Source: Cetorhinus maximus (Eukaryota). Taken from it: a DNA stretch of 64,000 nucleotides. The stretch's first letter is position 1; the number at the start of each line of letters is the position of its first letter. The notes below the pieces were generated by a model. It did no database searches. It was not told the origin of the DNA and saw nothing but the letters and a program-made list of their open reading frames with translations. Of this stretch, positions 63,843 through 64,000 are shown piece by piece. The translations under genes and the position numbers were made by a program. The DNA lies in assembly GCF_964194155.1 (NCBI RefSeq), contig NC_135879.1, positions 56,234,001 through 56,298,000 on the forward strand. The letters run 5' to 3'.

Positions 63843-64000
63843 GTTAAGATCTGGAGCTCTTGGCCTGCAGTGAGTGAATGGCTGTCCAGGAGACTTTTAA
63901 ATATGGCGCCAGGGTCTTCAACCCCATGAGGTAATGGCAGGATGTGCAACTTCCTGTCCACCCTGTCACGAGATTAGCCTTGCTCCTCGCAGATGCATAA

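Noticed and set aside
1-64000. CRISPR array or prokaryotic operon/defence system
   Set aside because: The sequence is intron-exon vertebrate DNA. No regularly spaced direct repeats or dense ORFs were seen.

Overview
Eukaryotic, repeat-dense vertebrate genomic DNA. The repeat families (CR1 and L2 LINEs, Deu-domain tRNA SINEs, Penelope-like elements, Harbinger-type MITEs) point to a cartilaginous fish (shark); this is inference. One host gene is visible: the 5' part of OTUD4 (OTU deubiquitinase) on the minus strand. It has seven coding exons (30772->4872; 659 nt, 219 codons plus 2 nt) with GT-AG introns and a consistent reading phase, and it continues beyond the left window edge. Its CpG-island promoter (~30690-31060) carries two ZNF143/THAP11-type motifs, and the putative leader has two uORFs. 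The right half (31100-64000) has no detectable host exons. It holds nested transposon relics: a Penelope-like element, a decayed Ty1/copia element with intact LTR termini and an 18-nt tRNA-iMet PBS, an RTE fragment, an LTR, and a spliced Harbinger Myb/SANT pseudogene. It also has several repeat-free stretches that could be regulatory. The most notable non-obvious signal is a set of degenerate minimal hammerhead-ribozyme motifs in Penelope-derived termini, two of them short insertions with their own TSDs. I cannot establish a genuinely new biological system from sequence alone. Repeat boundaries are approximate unless TSDs or TIRs are quoted.
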